From the NCBI GenBank assembly GCA_963745025.1, contig CAVUWD010000010.1:64001-128000 (forward strand): 64,000 nt of DNA, read 5' to 3'. Numbering within the stretch: position 1 is the stretch's first letter; each line of letters starts with the position of its first letter. Source of the stretch: an uncultured delta proteobacterium. Lineage in GTDB: Bacteria > Desulfobacterota > Binatia > JACPRU01. Below the pieces are notes generated by a model. The model worked only from the letters and a program-made list of their open reading frames with translations, had not been told where the DNA came from and did no database searches. A program made the position numbers and the translations under genes. Shown here in pieces: positions 9,438-22,990 of the stretch.

Positions 9438-11426
9438 CTATCTCCCGACGGCCTGGGCGCGTGAAGACGTTTCGGTCATGCCAGTGAGCTCTCGAATCTC
9501 CTTCTCATTCAGGGACTCCGCTTCCAACAGCGCATGGGCGAGACGGTCGAGCTTGTCGCGGTGGTCCGCCAACAGGCGGTCGGCTTCAACGTGAGACTCC
9601 TCGACGATGCGGCGGACCTCGGCGTCGATCAGCTCCGAAGTCGCCTCGCTGTACGGCTGCTGCTGGAAGGCCGGCGGCAAGCCCTCGTTCCGCGGCGCGA
9701 CGAAGCTGATCGGCCCGAGCTTGTCGCTCATCCCCCAGCGCAGGACCATGTCACGGGCAATCTCGGTGACCAGCTGTAGATCGTTCTCGGCACCCGTCGT
9801 CACCACTCCATAGACGAGCTTCTCGGCCGCCCGCCCGCCGAGCGCGCTGGTGATCCGTGCCCGCAGATAGTCTTCTGCGTAGCTGGTACGATCGTCGACC
9901 GGGAGCTGCCACGTCGCACCGAGCGACATCCCGCGCGGCACGATCGAGACGCGGTGAACGGGGTCGCTGCCCGGTACCAGCAGCGCGACCAACGCGTGAC
10001 CCGCCTCGTGGTACGCGGTGCGCTCGCGATCGGCCGGATTGAGCAGAAGGTTACGCGCGGGGCCGAGGGTGATCTTCTCCATCGCCTCCGCGAAGTCCTG
10101 GGCGCGGACCGCGCTCGCGTCCTTGCGCGCCGCCAGCAGAGCTGCCTCGTTCACCAGGTTGCGCAGCTCGGCGCCGACCAGGCCGGGCGTTTCGGCGGCG
10201 ATCGTCTCGAGGGAGACGTCCGGCGCGAGGGGAACGCTCTTGGTGTGAACCTTGAGGATCGCGGCGCGGCCGGCGCGGTCGGGACGCTGGACCACGACGC
10301 GTCGGTCGAAGCGGCCCGGTCGGAGCAGCGCCTGGTCGAGCACGTCGGCACGATTCGTGGCGGCCAGCACGATGACTCCTTCCCGAGAATCGAAACCGTC
10401 CATCTCGGTCAGGATCTGATTCAATGTCTGCTCGCGCTCGTCGTGGCCACCGAGCTGCGCGCCGCTGCCACGCGTGCGGCCGATGGCGTCGAGCTCGTCG
10501 ATGAAGATGATCGAGGGTGCCGCCTCCCGAGCCTGCCGGAACAGATCTCGCACGCGCGACGCGCCGACGCCGACGATCATCTCGACGAACTCGGAGGCGC
10601 TCAAGCTGAAGAACGGCACGCCCGCCTGACCGGCAACCGCCCGTGCCAGCAGCGTCTTGCCGGTACCCGGCGCACCGACCAGCAGCACTCCTTTCGGCAC
10701 CGTTCCGCCGAGCCGCTGATACTTGGCGGGGTTCTTCAAGAAGTCGACGACCTCGACGAGCTCGTTCTCGGCCTCATCGATGCCGGCGACGTCTTCGAAG
10801 GTGACCTTCGGCTGCTGCTCGCTGTAGCGCTTGGCCCGGCTGCGGCCGAGGCCGAAGAGCCCGCCACCCGACGCGGCAGCGCGGCGACTCAGCCACACGA
10901 AGGCGCCGATCAGCAGCAGGGTCGGACCGAAGCCGATCAGCACCTTGAACCAGGATGAAGCGTTCTCATCCACCGCCTCGATGACCACGCCCTTTTCCTC
11001 GAGCAACCTCTCGAGGCCTGGGTCGGCGAAAGCCGGCCGCTGCGTCTTGAACCGAATCGCGGTACGCGGCTTCAGCTCCTCAGAGAGGGGTGATGTTGGT
11101 GTCGCGGCACTCGGAGCTTTCGACTTCTCGGACGGATAGCGGACTTCCCTTTTGAAGCTGCCCGCGATCGAGTCGCCCACGCTCGTGACGTTCTCCACGT
11201 TGCCCGCCTCGATCTGCTCCTTGAAGAACGTATAAGGGATCGTGATCGAGGAGGGTTCCGGGAAGAACACTCGCATCAGTAGGTAGTTGGCCCCCAAGAT
11301 GACCAAGAAGACCACCCACCACGGCTGCGGCCGCGTGCTTCGCTGGCGGGAAGCCGCGTCCTTCGAGCCGTCGGGTCGCCCGCCCGGGGGTGTCGCGGCA
11401 TTGTCGGTTGCTCGGTTCAACACCAT
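9438..11426 (-). CDS. ftsH: ATP-dependent zinc metalloprotease FtsH
   Basis: Two TM segments, Walker A GAPGTGKT, Walker B IIFIDE, SRH motif, zinc motif HEAGH. Confidence 0.97.
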   Translation of the reverse strand: MVLNRATDNAATPPGGRPDGSKDAASRQRSTRPQPWWVVFLVILGANYLLMRVFFPEPSSITIPYTFFKEQIEAGNVENVTSVGDSIAGSFKREVRYPSEKSKAPSAATPTSPLSEELKPRTAIRFKTQRPAFADPGLERLLEEKGVVIEAVDENASSWFKVLIGFGPTLLLIGAFVWLSRRAAASGGGLFGLGRSRAKRYSEQQPKVTFEDVAGIDEAENELVEVVDFLKNPAKYQRLGGTVPKGVLLVGAPGTGKTLLARAVAGQAGVPFFSLSASEFVEMIVGVGASRVRDLFRQAREAAPSIIFIDELDAIGRTRGSGAQLGGHDEREQTLNQILTEMDGFDSREGVIVLAATNRADVLDQALLRPGRFDRRVVVQRPDRAGRAAILKVHTKSVPLAPDVSLETIAAETPGLVGAELRNLVNEAALLAARKDASAVRAQDFAEAMEKITLGPARNLLLNPADRERTAYHEAGHALVALLVPGSDPVHRVSIVPRGMSLGATWQLPVDDRTSYAEDYLRARITSALGGRAAEKLVYGVVTTGAENDLQLVTEIARDMVLRWGMSDKLGPISFVAPRNEGLPPAFQQQPYSEATSELIDAEVRRIVEESHVEADRLLADHRDKLDRLAHALLEAESLNEKEIRELTGMTETSSRAQAVGR

Positions 11427-11665
11427 TTGTACTCACGCCCGCTTCTTCCTTTTTTACGTCCGAATCGATTCGTAGACTAGAGGCCGAGTACGGCCGCAGC
11501 GAGGGAGCTGGACTCGGCCATCTGCAAGAGTGCGGCGTGGATTCAGGTATTCTCTCGTCTCATCCAAGGACGATCGAAATCAGGACAAACCCCCATCCGG
11601 TGGATTCGTAGAGAGGATCAGGACGTGCGCGTTCAAACACCGGTGTAGAGTCGATTGCTCAGAGC

Positions 11666-11885
11666 TTCGGTCAGGCCGGTGACCTCTCGAATCTCCTTCT
11701 AATTCAGGGATTCCGCTTTCAGCAGCGCATGGGCGAGACCTTCGAGCTTGTCTCGGTGGTCCGCCAACAGGCGGTCGGCTTCGACGTGAGACGAACGCAA
11801 GACTCTTCGACGATGCGGCGGACGTCGGCGGCGAATCAGCTTCGAGGTCGCCTCGCTGTATGGCTACTGCTGGAAGGCCAGCGGC
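11666..11885 (-). pseudogene. ftsH: degenerate duplicate of the ftsH 3' end
   Basis: Aligns base by base with ~9471-9678, but carries two TAG stops and a ~11-nt insertion. Confidence 0.85.
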
Positions 11886-11924
11886 CGCTCCGGCGATGCC
11901 GGCGTCCCTCTTTGGCGACCCCGC

Positions 11925-14168
11925 TCAAATCCGAGCCTCCTCGAGCGCGGCATTCAGCAGCCGGTGCACGGACAGCCCATCGTCTTCCCCGAGTGCCTCA
12001 TCGAGGAGCTCCCGTGCCCGCTTGGCCGTGAAAGTTCGGATCACGAGCTTCACGCGTGAAAGGCTCGCAGGGCTCATGCTCAGCGCATCGATTCCCATGC
12101 CGAGGAGTACGAGAGCGCCGGCGGGATCACCTGCCATTTCGCCGCACACGGTCACGGGCGTGCTTCGTTCGTGCGCGTCGTGGATCACTTTCACGACCGC
12201 ATCGAGGACGGCGGGATGAAGACTGTCGTACGGAGTCGCCACCTGGGCGTTATTTCTATCCGCTGCGAGCATGTACTGGGTGAGATCGTTCGTGCCGACG
12301 GAGAGATAGTCCACGCGTTCGGCCAACGACTTGGTCAGAAAGACGGCGGAGGGCACCTCGATCAGCGCCCCGACTCGCGGCTTCGCGCTCACCTGGCCTT
12401 CTTCCAGCAGCTCCCGGTGAGCGCGCTCCAGTAGCTCAAGGGCTTCATCCAGCTCACCGAGCCTGGCAATCATCGGAAAGAGCAGCTGCAGGTTTTCGAG
12501 GCCCGCGTTGGCTCGCAACAGAGCCCGCAGTTGAATCAGGAAGATCTCCGGGTGCTCGAGGGAGAAGCGGATTCCGCGACAGCCCAGAAATGGGTTGTCT
12601 TCCTCCACGGGAAAATATCGCAGGATCTTGTCGCCGCCTACGTCGAGAGTGCGCACGGTCACGGGCTTGGGTGCGAAGGCTTCCAATAGCTGGCGATAGA
12701 TCTGGTACTGCTCATCTTCGACCGGGAAGGATTCGCGTAATAGAAACAGGTATTCCGTGCGGTAGAGGCCGACGCCTTCGGCGCCGCTCTGCCGAGCGGT
12801 TTCGATGTCGGACACCAATCCGATATTCGCGTACAGCGGCAACCGAACACCATCCAGAGTTTCCGCCGGCAGATCGCGGAGCCCGATCAGCCGCCCAGAA
12901 ATCGCCTTCTGTTCGGCAGACGCGTCGTTCGAACGCCTCGAGCGTGGAGTGCGGTGGGTGCACGTAGATGCGACCCTGGTCGCCGTCGACTATGATCGTG
13001 CGGCCCTCGAGATGGCTGATGGGCAGCGACAAGAGACTCACGACGGCGGGAATTCCCAGGGCACGCGCCAGCACGGTGGCGTGAGACAGCGCCGAGCCGT
13101 GCGTGCACACGATGCCGGCAAGTCGCTCGACGGGCACCGCGGCGATCTCCGTTACGGTGACCGTCTCTGCCACGAGAATACAACGTTCCGGATACGTTCT
13201 TGACTCTTTGACCTTCGACTGGAGATGGACGAGAACGCTTCGGCCAATCGAGCGAATATCTTCCGCGCGTGCGCGCAAATACGGATCGTCCATTTGATCG
13301 AAGATCCTCGCGCGGTCGACGATGGTGTCACGCCATGCTCCGGCGGCCCAGTTTCCCCCGCGGATCCGTTGGATGGTGTCTGAGAGCAGGCTGTCACTGC
13401 CGAGCAACATCACGTACGCCTCGAAGCAACTCCCGCATCTCGCTGGGGAGATCACCAGTCAGGCGCTTGCTACCCAAGTCGAGCTCCTGGCGAGCGGCAG
13501 CCACAGCGGTTCGGAATAGCGGTCTCTTCGCTGGCGATGTCCTGGATGCGGCGATCCGGTACGGACTCCAGCTTTCCCAACGGGTCGAGCAGTGCAGCGG
13601 TGCCGATGGCAATACCGGCGGCCGCCTGAACGCCCTGAATGAATGCCTTCTCCTGTGCCTCGCCGCGCAGCAGCCTGGTCACTTCGTCGGCTGCCGCAGC
13701 TTCATGGATGAGCTTCGCCAGCTGCGCTGCGATCGTGACGAAGAACGTCACTTCATCCTTGTCGAATTGCGCGTGTCCCTTTTTCCAGGCTGCCAGCACG
13801 CCGAGGACGTGGTGATAATGGATCAGCGGTATGCCGAGAAAGGTGTCGTAATGTTCCTCCGCTGTTTCGGGAGAAGGGCGGTAACGCGGGTGTGCCGTCG
13901 CATCCTTCAGAACGACAAGCTCTCGGCGTTCTCCGACCAAGCCCAGCAAGCCGCTGTGCCGATCTGCGCGGACCCGTCCGACCGATGCGGAGCGAAGTCC
14001 ACTCGATGCCATCAGGACATACTCGTCGGTCTCGACATCGGTCAGGTAGACCGCGATGGCATCGACCGGCAGAGAGCGTTTGATCCGGCGAACGATGACG
14101 GCCAGAGCCTCATCCAGATTCGACGCGGTACGGACCTCCCGTACGATGTCTTGGACCTCAGCAAGCAT
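11925..14168 (-). pseudogene. ptsP: GAF-containing PEP-protein phosphotransferase (Enzyme I-Ntr), split by three +1 frameshifts (true pseudogene or sequence error)
   Basis: Fragments 13470-14168 (GAF), 12712-13455 (phospho-His motif GSALSHATVLARALGIP) and 11925-12842 (GVGLYRTE, NPFLGCRGIR, SVGTNDLTQY, VCGEMAG). Removing single bases near 13517, 13426 and 12918 gives one ~747-codon frame. Confidence 0.9.
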
Positions 14169-14180
14169 TGAGAAACACTT

Positions 14181-17100
14181 TCACGATCTGGATCCGAGCA
14201 CGACCCGCACCCGATGTGTGGCTCCGTCATCGACGAGCGGCAACTCTGCTCGTGCGGCGACCGTGCCCTCGCGGAGCGGGACGATTCGAGTGCCGTCTAG
14301 CTCTACGCTCGCGACTCCGCGCGTCGCCCCGTGCGGGTTTTCGACGACGATGGCGTAACGGGAAGAACGGTAGCGGAAGGTCATCTCGTATCCGGGCCAC
14401 GCGCGCGGGATGCAGGGGTCGATCCGGAGCGTCTCGCCGCGCAGGCGAAGCCCGAGGATCCATTCGATCCCCGCCCGATAGAGCCATCCGGCCGAGCCCG
14501 TGTACCAGGTCCAGCCGCCGCGACCGACGTGCGGCGGAGATGCGTAGACATCGGCGGCGAGCACATAAGGCTCGACCTTGTAGCGGCGGACACCGATACG
14601 TGTGTTCGCGTGATGAATCGGGTTCAAGAGCCCGAAGAGCTCGTGGGCCTTGTCGCCCTCGCCCATCTCCGCGAAGGCGACGACCACCCATGCCGCGGCA
14701 TGGGTGTACTGGCCGCCGTTCTCGCGGACGCCGGGCACGTACCCTTTGATGTACCCCGGATCGGGAAGCGAGCGGTCGAAGGGCGGTGCGAAGAGAGCGA
14801 CGAGGCCATCGTCGCGCCGCACTAGGTGCTCTTCAACCGCCGCCATCGCTCGTTTCGCGCGCGCCGGGTCCGCGGCCCCCGAGATGACCGCCCAGGACTG
14901 CGCGATCGAGTCGATACGGCATTCCGTGTTTTCCGCAGACCCGAGGGGCGTTCCGTCGTCGAAGTAGCCGCGACGATACCACTCGCCGTCCCACGCCTCG
15001 CGCTCGATCGCGGTCTCGAGGGCACCCGCGTGGCGACGCCAGCGCTCGGCACGCTCTTCATCTTTGCGGAGATCCGCGAAGCGGGCGAATCCCGAGAGTG
15101 TGGCGTGGAGGAACCAGCCGAGCCACACGCTCTCGCCTTTCCCCTCCGAGCCAACGCGGTTCATGCCGTCGTTCCAGTCTCCCGAGCCGATGAGCGGCAG
15201 GCCGTGGCTGCCGACCGCGAGGCTCCGGTCGAGCGTGCGCGCGCAGTGCTCGAAGAGCGTCGCCGATTCGCGCGATGGTGCGGGCTGGAAGTACGCGTCG
15301 TCGTGGCCGGGCTCGAGCTTCGGCCCGTCGAGAAAGGGCACGCGCTCGTCGAGCACGGCGAGATCGCCCGTCACTTCGAGGTAATGCGTGACTGCGTAAG
15401 GTAACCACAGGAGGTCGTCCGAGATCCGGGTTCGGACGCCACGGCCCGAGGGGGGGTGCCACCAATGCTGGACGTCGCCTTCGACGAACTGCCGTGCAGC
15501 AGCCCGGAGAAGCTGCTCGCGGGCCAGACCGGGCGCCGCGACAGCGAGGGCCATCCCGTCCTGAAGCTGATCGCGAAAGCCGTATGCGCCGCCCGCTTGA
15601 TAGAGCGCCGCCCGTGCCCAGAAGCGACACGCGAGCGTCTGATAGAGGAGCCAGCCGTTCAAGAGAACGTCCATCGAGCGGTCAGGCGTCTTCACCTGGA
15701 CGGCTCCTAGGACGTCCTCCCATCGCGAGGTCACGGTCCTCCACAAGACGTCGACGTCGGCCGCGCGGTAGCGCTCGATCAACGAGCGTGCTTCGGCGGC
15801 GTTCGCCCCCTGCCCGAGAAGGAAGGAGAGCTCGGTCCGCTCACCCGCGTCGAGATCGACCGTCAGCTGGAGCGCGGCGCACGGATCGATGCCCGCGCCC
15901 GCGGCTCCGGCGAGCGGCCGGCCCTCCTCCTCGAGTGCAGCCGGATGATCGAGCGTGCCGTTTCGCCCGAGAAACTCCGTACGGTCCGCCGTCCAGGACG
16001 TCTGTCGGCCCGCGAGGTCCGCGAACGCGACACGGTCCGCGAACTCGGCATTCCAGAAGTTGCGGGCGAAGAGCGCCCCGGTTCCCTCGTCGAGGTGGGT
16101 CACGATGAATGGCGCAGACGAGCTCCGGCCGGCGCCGAGCGCCCACTCGACGTAGGCGGTGACGGAGAGGCGACGCCGCCGTCCCGAGCGGTTCTCGATC
16201 GCAAGGCGCGAGACTTTGATCGGGTCTTCCGGTGGCACGAGCTGAAGCAGCTCGAGCGCGATCCCGTGGGAGGTATGCTCGAAGCGGCTGTAACCTGGAC
16301 CGTGGGTCGCGACGTACGGCGAGGTGTCCTCGCGGATCGGCAACGCCGTCGGCCCCCAGAGCTCGCCGCTCTCCTCGTCCCGGATGTACAGCGCCTCGCC
16401 GGGCGCATCGCTCACGGGGTCGTTCGACCATGGCGTCAGCTGATTCTCCCGGCTGTTCGTCGACCAGGTGTAGCCCGCGCCCGATTCCGACACCTGAAAG
16501 CCGAACGACGGATTCGCGATCACGTTGATCCACGGCGCGGGCGTCCACTGCCCTTCGCCGAGGATCGTGCGGTACTCTCGCCCTCCCGCGGCGAAACCGC
16601 CGAGGCCATTGAAAAACTCGAGATCCCCGGAGGCCGGCCTCTCTTCGATCGGCGGTGCGAGTCGGCGCCGCCGCTCGCCGGCGGAGTGTGCGACCTCGGG
16701 ATGGGGTAGCCGTTCGACCTGCTCGGCGAGCGTGCCCCGCCGACTGAGTAGCACGGCACGTGCGGCACTCTGCAAGAGGATGCGATCCGCGGGCGGGATG
16801 CGGTCCGCGCGCAGAATGAAGATCCCTCCTCGGCTTTCGAATCCGTCGTGCTGCTGGTGCTTTGCCTTACTCGTCCGCAGCAGCTCCTCCAGCGACGCCT
16901 GGAGGTCCTGCGCATAGGACGTGCCCTTTTCGTTGAGGATGACGAGGTCGACGGCGAGCCGCTTCGTGCGCCAGTACTCGTGCGCGCGAAGACACTGGCG
17001 CACGATCTCGCGATCTTCCGGCTCGTCGATGCGCACCAGTACGATCGGCAAATCGCCGGAGATGCCGTACGGCCAGAGCGCCACCTGGCCGAGCGTGTTC

Positions 17101-20100
17101 CGCGCGAGGACATCGGGCGGCGGCCGGAGGGTCGGATCGGAGTAGATGACGCGATTGGCGAGGCGCTGGAAGAGATGCGCCTCGTCGGTCCCCACACCGA
17201 GGTGGTGCAGCTGCACCTGAGCCTGCGTCCAAGCGAGCGTGACCACACGCTCGAACGCCGACGGGGCGGAGTACTTGTCGGCGAGGTCGAGGGCCTCGTC
17301 GCGCGTCGAGGCGACCACGGTCGAGAAGGTGACCCGAACGGCAACCCCGGATGGAATCCGGACGCGGCGCCGAAGGCTCACGATCGGGTCGAGGATCGAG
17401 CCAACCGTCCCGGACAATGGCCGTCCGTCGATCACGGACATCGGGGTCCGGATCCCACGCCCGTGCCCGAGAAAGCCTGCTCGGTCGGTTTCGAACTCGA
17501 CCTCCCCGACCGTCTCCCCCTCGACGGCCAGGACATGCGCGGCCCAAATCGGGGCTTCGCCTGCGAGGCGGGACCGGCGGGTCGCGAGAAGCGCCTTCGG
17601 CGAGGCGGCAAACTCCGTCTGGACGAAGAGATTCGAGAAGGCCGGATGAGCGGCGTCGGCGGCGGGCGGCGCGAGAACGATCTCGGCATAAGACGTGAGC
17701 TCGATCTCGCGCGTTCTGAGGCCGCTGTTCGTCAGCGATACGCGGCGCAGCTCCGCATCGTCCTCCGGGGAGACCACGACCTCGAGAGTGGACGTGATCG
17801 CGCCGTCGCGTCGGACGATCTGCGCGCGATCCTCGGAGTAGGCGACTTCATAGGACGTGGGCTCGGCCCCGCTCGGCTGGTATCCCGCGGACCAGACCTC
17901 GCCGCTCGCCACGTCGCGGAGGAAGACGTAGGTGCCCCAGCAGTCGCGCGTGACGTCCTCGCGCCAGCGCGTGACGGCGAGATCCCGCCAGCGGCTATAG
18001 CCCGAGCCCGCCGCCGTGATCATCACGGCGTAGCGCCCGTTCGAGAGGAGATGCGTGCGAGGCGTCGGGTCGTGCGGCGAGTGGAAGCGCCGCACGACCG
18101 GAGGGCCGACGTCGCTCACGCGACTCGCCGCTTCGACCTCCTCGGCGCGCGGTCGGGCGACGAGGGCATCGCGCGGCGTACGCTCCTGCAGCAGGAGCTC
18201 CGTCGCACGGACGATCGGCTCGGCGTGAAAGCGCGCCTGCATGACGGCGCCGGTGAGCACGTTCGCGAGCGCGACGAGCGTCATGCCCTGGTGGTGCGCC
18301 ATGTACGCGCGCACCACGGCCACGGAGGCTCCTTCGGGAACCCGGGTGGCGGTGTAATCGAGCGCCTCGTAGAAGCCGTACCGGCCGCTCCCGCCCGCCG
18401 CCTCGAGGCGCGCGAAGTTTTTCGCTGCGGCCTCCGGGTCGACCATCGCAGCCAGCGCCGTCGCATAGGGTGCGATGACGACGTCCTCGCTGAGACCGCG
18501 CTTCAGCCCGAGTCCCGGGACGCCGAAGCTCGAGTACTGATACGTTTGCTCGAGGTCGCGGGCATTGAAGGCGGACTCCGAGACCCCCCACGCCACTCCC
18601 CGCTTCCGCCCGTACTCGATCTGCCGCCGCACCACGAGCCGGCACGTGAGGTCGAAGAGGCTCGACGGCGGCGAGGAGAGCACGAGGCTCGGCATCAGGT
18701 ACTCGAACATCGAGCCCGACCACGAGACGAGCGCCGATCCCCGACCCACCGGCGTCAGTGCGCGGCCGAGCCGGAACCAGTGTGTGGACGGAACGTCGCC
18801 CTTGGCGATCGCGATGAAGCTCGTGAGCCGGGCCTCGGACGCTAGGAGATCGTAGCAGTTGGGATCGAGGCTGCCGTCGCTCACGCTGTAGCCGATCGCG
18901 AAGAGCTTTCGCGCCGGATCGAAGAGAAAACCGAACTCCATGCCGCGGAAGAGATCGTCGGCGAGCCGGGCGAGCGTCGAGAGGCGCCGGACGAGCGCGC
19001 CGGCCGCACGTTCGGGATCGCCGACCGGCGGCTCGGCCGCACCTGCAATCGCGGCCTCGCAGCGCTCGGCCATCGCGCCGAGGCTCGACATCGATCCCCC
19101 GGTCACGTCGGTCGCGCGCCACGCGGACGCGGATACGAGTTCGAGATCGCGCGCGTGGCTCGCGACGCAGGCGCGCGCGGCCTCCGCCCAGGCAAGGAGC
19201 TCGCGATCGGCCGTGTCGGCGCCGTCCCCGAGGAGAGCACGCGCGACATCGACCACAGTGTCCGCGCTCGCCTGGAGCTCTACCAAGCGAGCGGACCACT
19301 GGACAGGTGTCGGCGGAACGGACTCGAGCCCGGCAGCGAATGCGGTCAGCGCATCGTCCAGGTGCTTTCGGCTCACGAGCTCCGAACGACGCTGGTCGCC
19401 GAGCGCTTCGACCGAGGCCCGAGCGAGGAGCACTGCGTCGAGGATTCCCGCCAGCACCCGGGCGTCGAGGAGCGGCCGGTCGATCAGCTCGCGACACGCG
19501 TTCGACAACGCGAGCAGGTGCCCGGCGAGATTGCCGCTGTCGACCGACGAGACGTACTTCGGCTCGAGCGGGCGAAGATCGCGCGTCCCGTACCAGTTGT
19601 AAAAATGGCCTCGGAAACGCTCGAGGCGGGACATCGTGCCGAGCGTCGCCTCGAGCCGCTCGACCATGTCGACGGTCCCGATCCAGCCAAGATCGCGAGC
19701 GGTGACGGTGGACAGGAGAGCCATGCCGAGGTTCGTGGGCGAGGTACGGTGGGCAACGACCGGATTCGGCTCCTCCTGGAAATTGTCGGGAGGAAGCGCG
19801 TGATCTTCCGCACCGACGAAGGTCTCGAAGAAGCGCCATGTCCGACGCGCAATCAGCCGCAGGGTCCGCGCGTCTTCGGCCGAGAGCCACGGCGCACCCG
19901 CGCCGCGCGGCGGCGAGCTCAGCCAGAGCGCGACCGCGGGCGAAAGTGCCCAGAGAAACAGGAACGGCGTCGCGACGCCGGCGGCCGCGGGGCGTGCTCG
20001 AAGCACGATCACTGCCGCGATCCCTGCGAGCACCGGGGCGCTCGCGAGGCGCACGTACAGGCCTTTCAGCGTGAGATCGACACCGGATCGCGACCGCGCC

Positions 20101-22863
20101 GCCGGTACCCACTCGAGAAGCCGCCGGCGCGTCACGTAGAGCCGAGACGAGGCTCCGCACGACGGCATCGATCATCAACCACGCCTGGTGGGCGAGCATG
20201 GTGACGGCGACCGCGACGTGCGAGACGGCGAGGACGAGGTCCATCGCAACGGCGCGAGCGTGCATCCGCTTCGCGATACCGCGCCGGCGCGGCACGATCC
20301 CGAGGAAGAAGGGCAGAAGGGCCGGGATCGCGATGCTCGCGAGCACGAAGCTCGTCCAGAAGACGGGCAAAGCTCCGGGGAGCGTCCATCCGACGAGGAG
20401 TGTGAGGAAGGCCGCCGGGGCCGACAAGGAACGGCGCAGGTTGTCGAGAATCTTCCACATGCCGATCGACGGGATGCGGGTCCGCACGAGGCGGCCCTCT
20501 CCGTCGCGCGCGTGCCCGAGAACCCATGGCAGAAGCTGCCAGTCGCCACGCGCCCAGCGGTGCTGCCGCACCGCTGCGACCTCGTAGTGCGACGGAAACT
20601 CCTCGAAGAGCTCGACGTCGGTCACGAGGCCCGCTCGCGCGAAGATTCCTTCGAAGAGATCGTGACTGAGGAGCGCATTCTCCGGCACGCGGCCGGCGAG
20701 CGCGGACTCGAACGCGTCGACGTCGTAGATGCCCTTTCCCGTGTACGATCCTTCGTCAAAGAGATCTTGGTACACGTCGGAGACCGTCGACGCGTAGGGA
20801 TCGATGCCCGAGGGACCCGAGAAGATTCTCTGGAATAGCGACCCTTCGCTTCGCGTTGGCAGCGACGACGTCACTCGTGGCTGCAAGAGCCCGTAGCCCT
20901 CGATGACGCGCGACTCGACGGGATCGAACCGCGGGCGATTCAGCGGATGCGCCATCGTTCCGACGAGGCGAACGGCGGTGCCGCGCGTGAGGCGCGTGTC
21001 GGCGTCGAGCGTGACGACGTAGCGGACGTCAGGAGGCACCGCCGGCCCGCCATCGGCGAATGGCACGAACGTCGTGTCCGCTCCGCCGCGGAGAAGCCGG
21101 TTCAGCTCCTGGAGCTTGCCGCGCTTGCGCTCCCAACCCATCCACTTTCGCTCGCTCTCGTTCCAGACGCGGCGTCGGTGGAGAAGAAAGAATCGCCGTC
21201 CGCCCCCCGGGACTGCACCATGGCGGGCGTTCAACCGCGCGATCCCCGCTGTCGCCGCGGCGAGGAGGTCGTCATCGCCGGGCGCATGCTCGACGCTTGA
21301 GTCCGTCCAGTCGGAAAGCAGCCCGAAGTGCAGCGCGCCGTCCGGATTGGCGAGATAGTGCACCTCGAGTCGGTCGATCAGCTCGTGGATCTCATCCTCG
21401 CTCGTGAGAAGGGACGGCATGACGACGATTGTCCGGAGGTTCGCTGGGACGCCGTCCCGAAGCTCGAGCTTCGGCAGCGAGCGAGGGCCGATGAACTCGG
21501 TCACCGCGCGGTTCACGAGCGCCACGGCGAGGTCGGACGCCGGAAAGAGGAGGAGGAGTGCGAGGGGGATTGCCCACGCCAAGCCGATGCCCGCCGCACC
21601 GAGTTGCCAGAGCGGAAACGCGACCAGCACGCCGCTCGCGACGGCGAGGGTGAGCACATAGCCGGGGTTCGCCGTGGTGACGTACGCGCGAAGCAGCCGG
21701 CGCACCGGAGAGATGCGGCAGCCGAGATCCGCCTCGAAGCCGGTCCTCCCCTCCGCGATCAGGTAGTAGCCGGGGTCGCCCTTACGATTTTCCGGGGCGC
21801 CGTCGGCGCCTCGACCCGGCCGCTGGGCGCGCCGCACGGCCTCCGCGCTCACCTCGAGCTCCGAGCGCCCGGACCCCCGCGCGAGCTCCTCGATCGCGTG
21901 GCGGTAGCGGTCGCGCGTCTGGAAGTCCATCGCGGAGAACTCCGCGCCACCGCGCAGGGTCTCGTCGACTAGGCTGACGCTTTCGAAGAAGCTCTCCCAG
22001 TCGAACACCGACATGAACCGCATGCTGGTGATGACGTTTCGCACGGTGACGTTCGCCGCCCCCTGGCTTTGCAGCTCGAGGTCCACGAGCTTGTCCACGG
22101 TCGTCCCCTGCTCCGCGAGGCGGTCGTCGAGCCACCGCAGCGCCGGTATCACTGCGGGATCCTGCTCGCGGAGCCGTTGCGCAAGTTGAACCGCGAACGC
22201 GCGTGTGAGCGGGATACCCTCGAAGCGCCGAAGAGCGGTGGCGGGCGAGAGCTGAGTGCTTCCAGGCGCACCGAGCAGACCGTCCGCGAGCGCGTCGGCC
22301 TCTTCGCGGGCGGCTCGAGACCGAACGATCCGGTCCGCGAGGCGCCGCAGGTTTTCGACCAGGACGATACGGAGCGCGATCGCGATTGCCCAGAGCTCCC
22401 CGATCGTCAGCGGCGCGACCCGCTGGTACGCGCGGACGAAGCGGCGGAGCATCTCAGGATCGAAGCGGCTATCGGTGTGGGCCACGAACGCCCACGCGAT
22501 TCCGAGAACGCGCGGGAATCCCTCCAGATGTCCTTCGGAGAGCTTCGGCAGCTCTCGGTAGAAGCTCGGCGGCAAGTCGTCGTGGATCTCGCGAATCTGC
22601 TCCTCGACGATGTGAAAGTTGTCGACGAGCCATTCGGCGGCCGGCGTGATCGCTCGTTCTTCGCGGATCGCGTGGGCGATGGCCCGGTACGACTCGAAGA
22701 GGACGCGGGCGTTTTCGTCGACCCGTGGCGCGACCCTCCGACCGCGTCGGCGGCCGGTGGCGACCCGCTGCGCCACGGCAAGGCTTTCCGCGTGCTGCTC
22801 GAGACGCTCGATACTGAAGAGCTCTGCTCGGATGGCTTCTTCGCGGTCGGCGAGCACACTCAT
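14181..22863 (-). pseudogene. ndvB: cyclic beta-1,2-glucan synthase (Cgs/NdvB/ChvB; GT84 + GH94 domains) with a single +1 frameshift near 20145 (possibly a sequence error)
   Basis: N-part has WLVDNFHIVEEQI, WERKRGKL, TLDADT, YTGKGIYD, LSHDLFEG, HRWARGDWQL. C-part has [47 protein letters not shown]. Removing one base (GTC-T-CGG) joins them into ~2890 aa. Confidence 0.92.
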
Positions 22864-22990
22864 CGACGACGGACCACCGGACACGGATCGCCAGAATGCG
22901 CTCGCGGAACATCGCACCTCAACCGTTGCTGCGTATACGGACGGACATCTCGGGCAGTGTAGGGAGTTTCAAAAAGTAAAGTTGTCTCGA

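Noticed and set aside
12900-13520. Programmed ribosomal frameshifting in ptsP
   Set aside because: Three separate shifts without slippery heptamers; error or decay is more parsimonious.
17995-20140. C-terminal ~700 aa of the 1640-aa track ORF
   Set aside because: Out-of-frame run-on after the cgs frameshift; the real sequence continues in the 14181-20168 frame.
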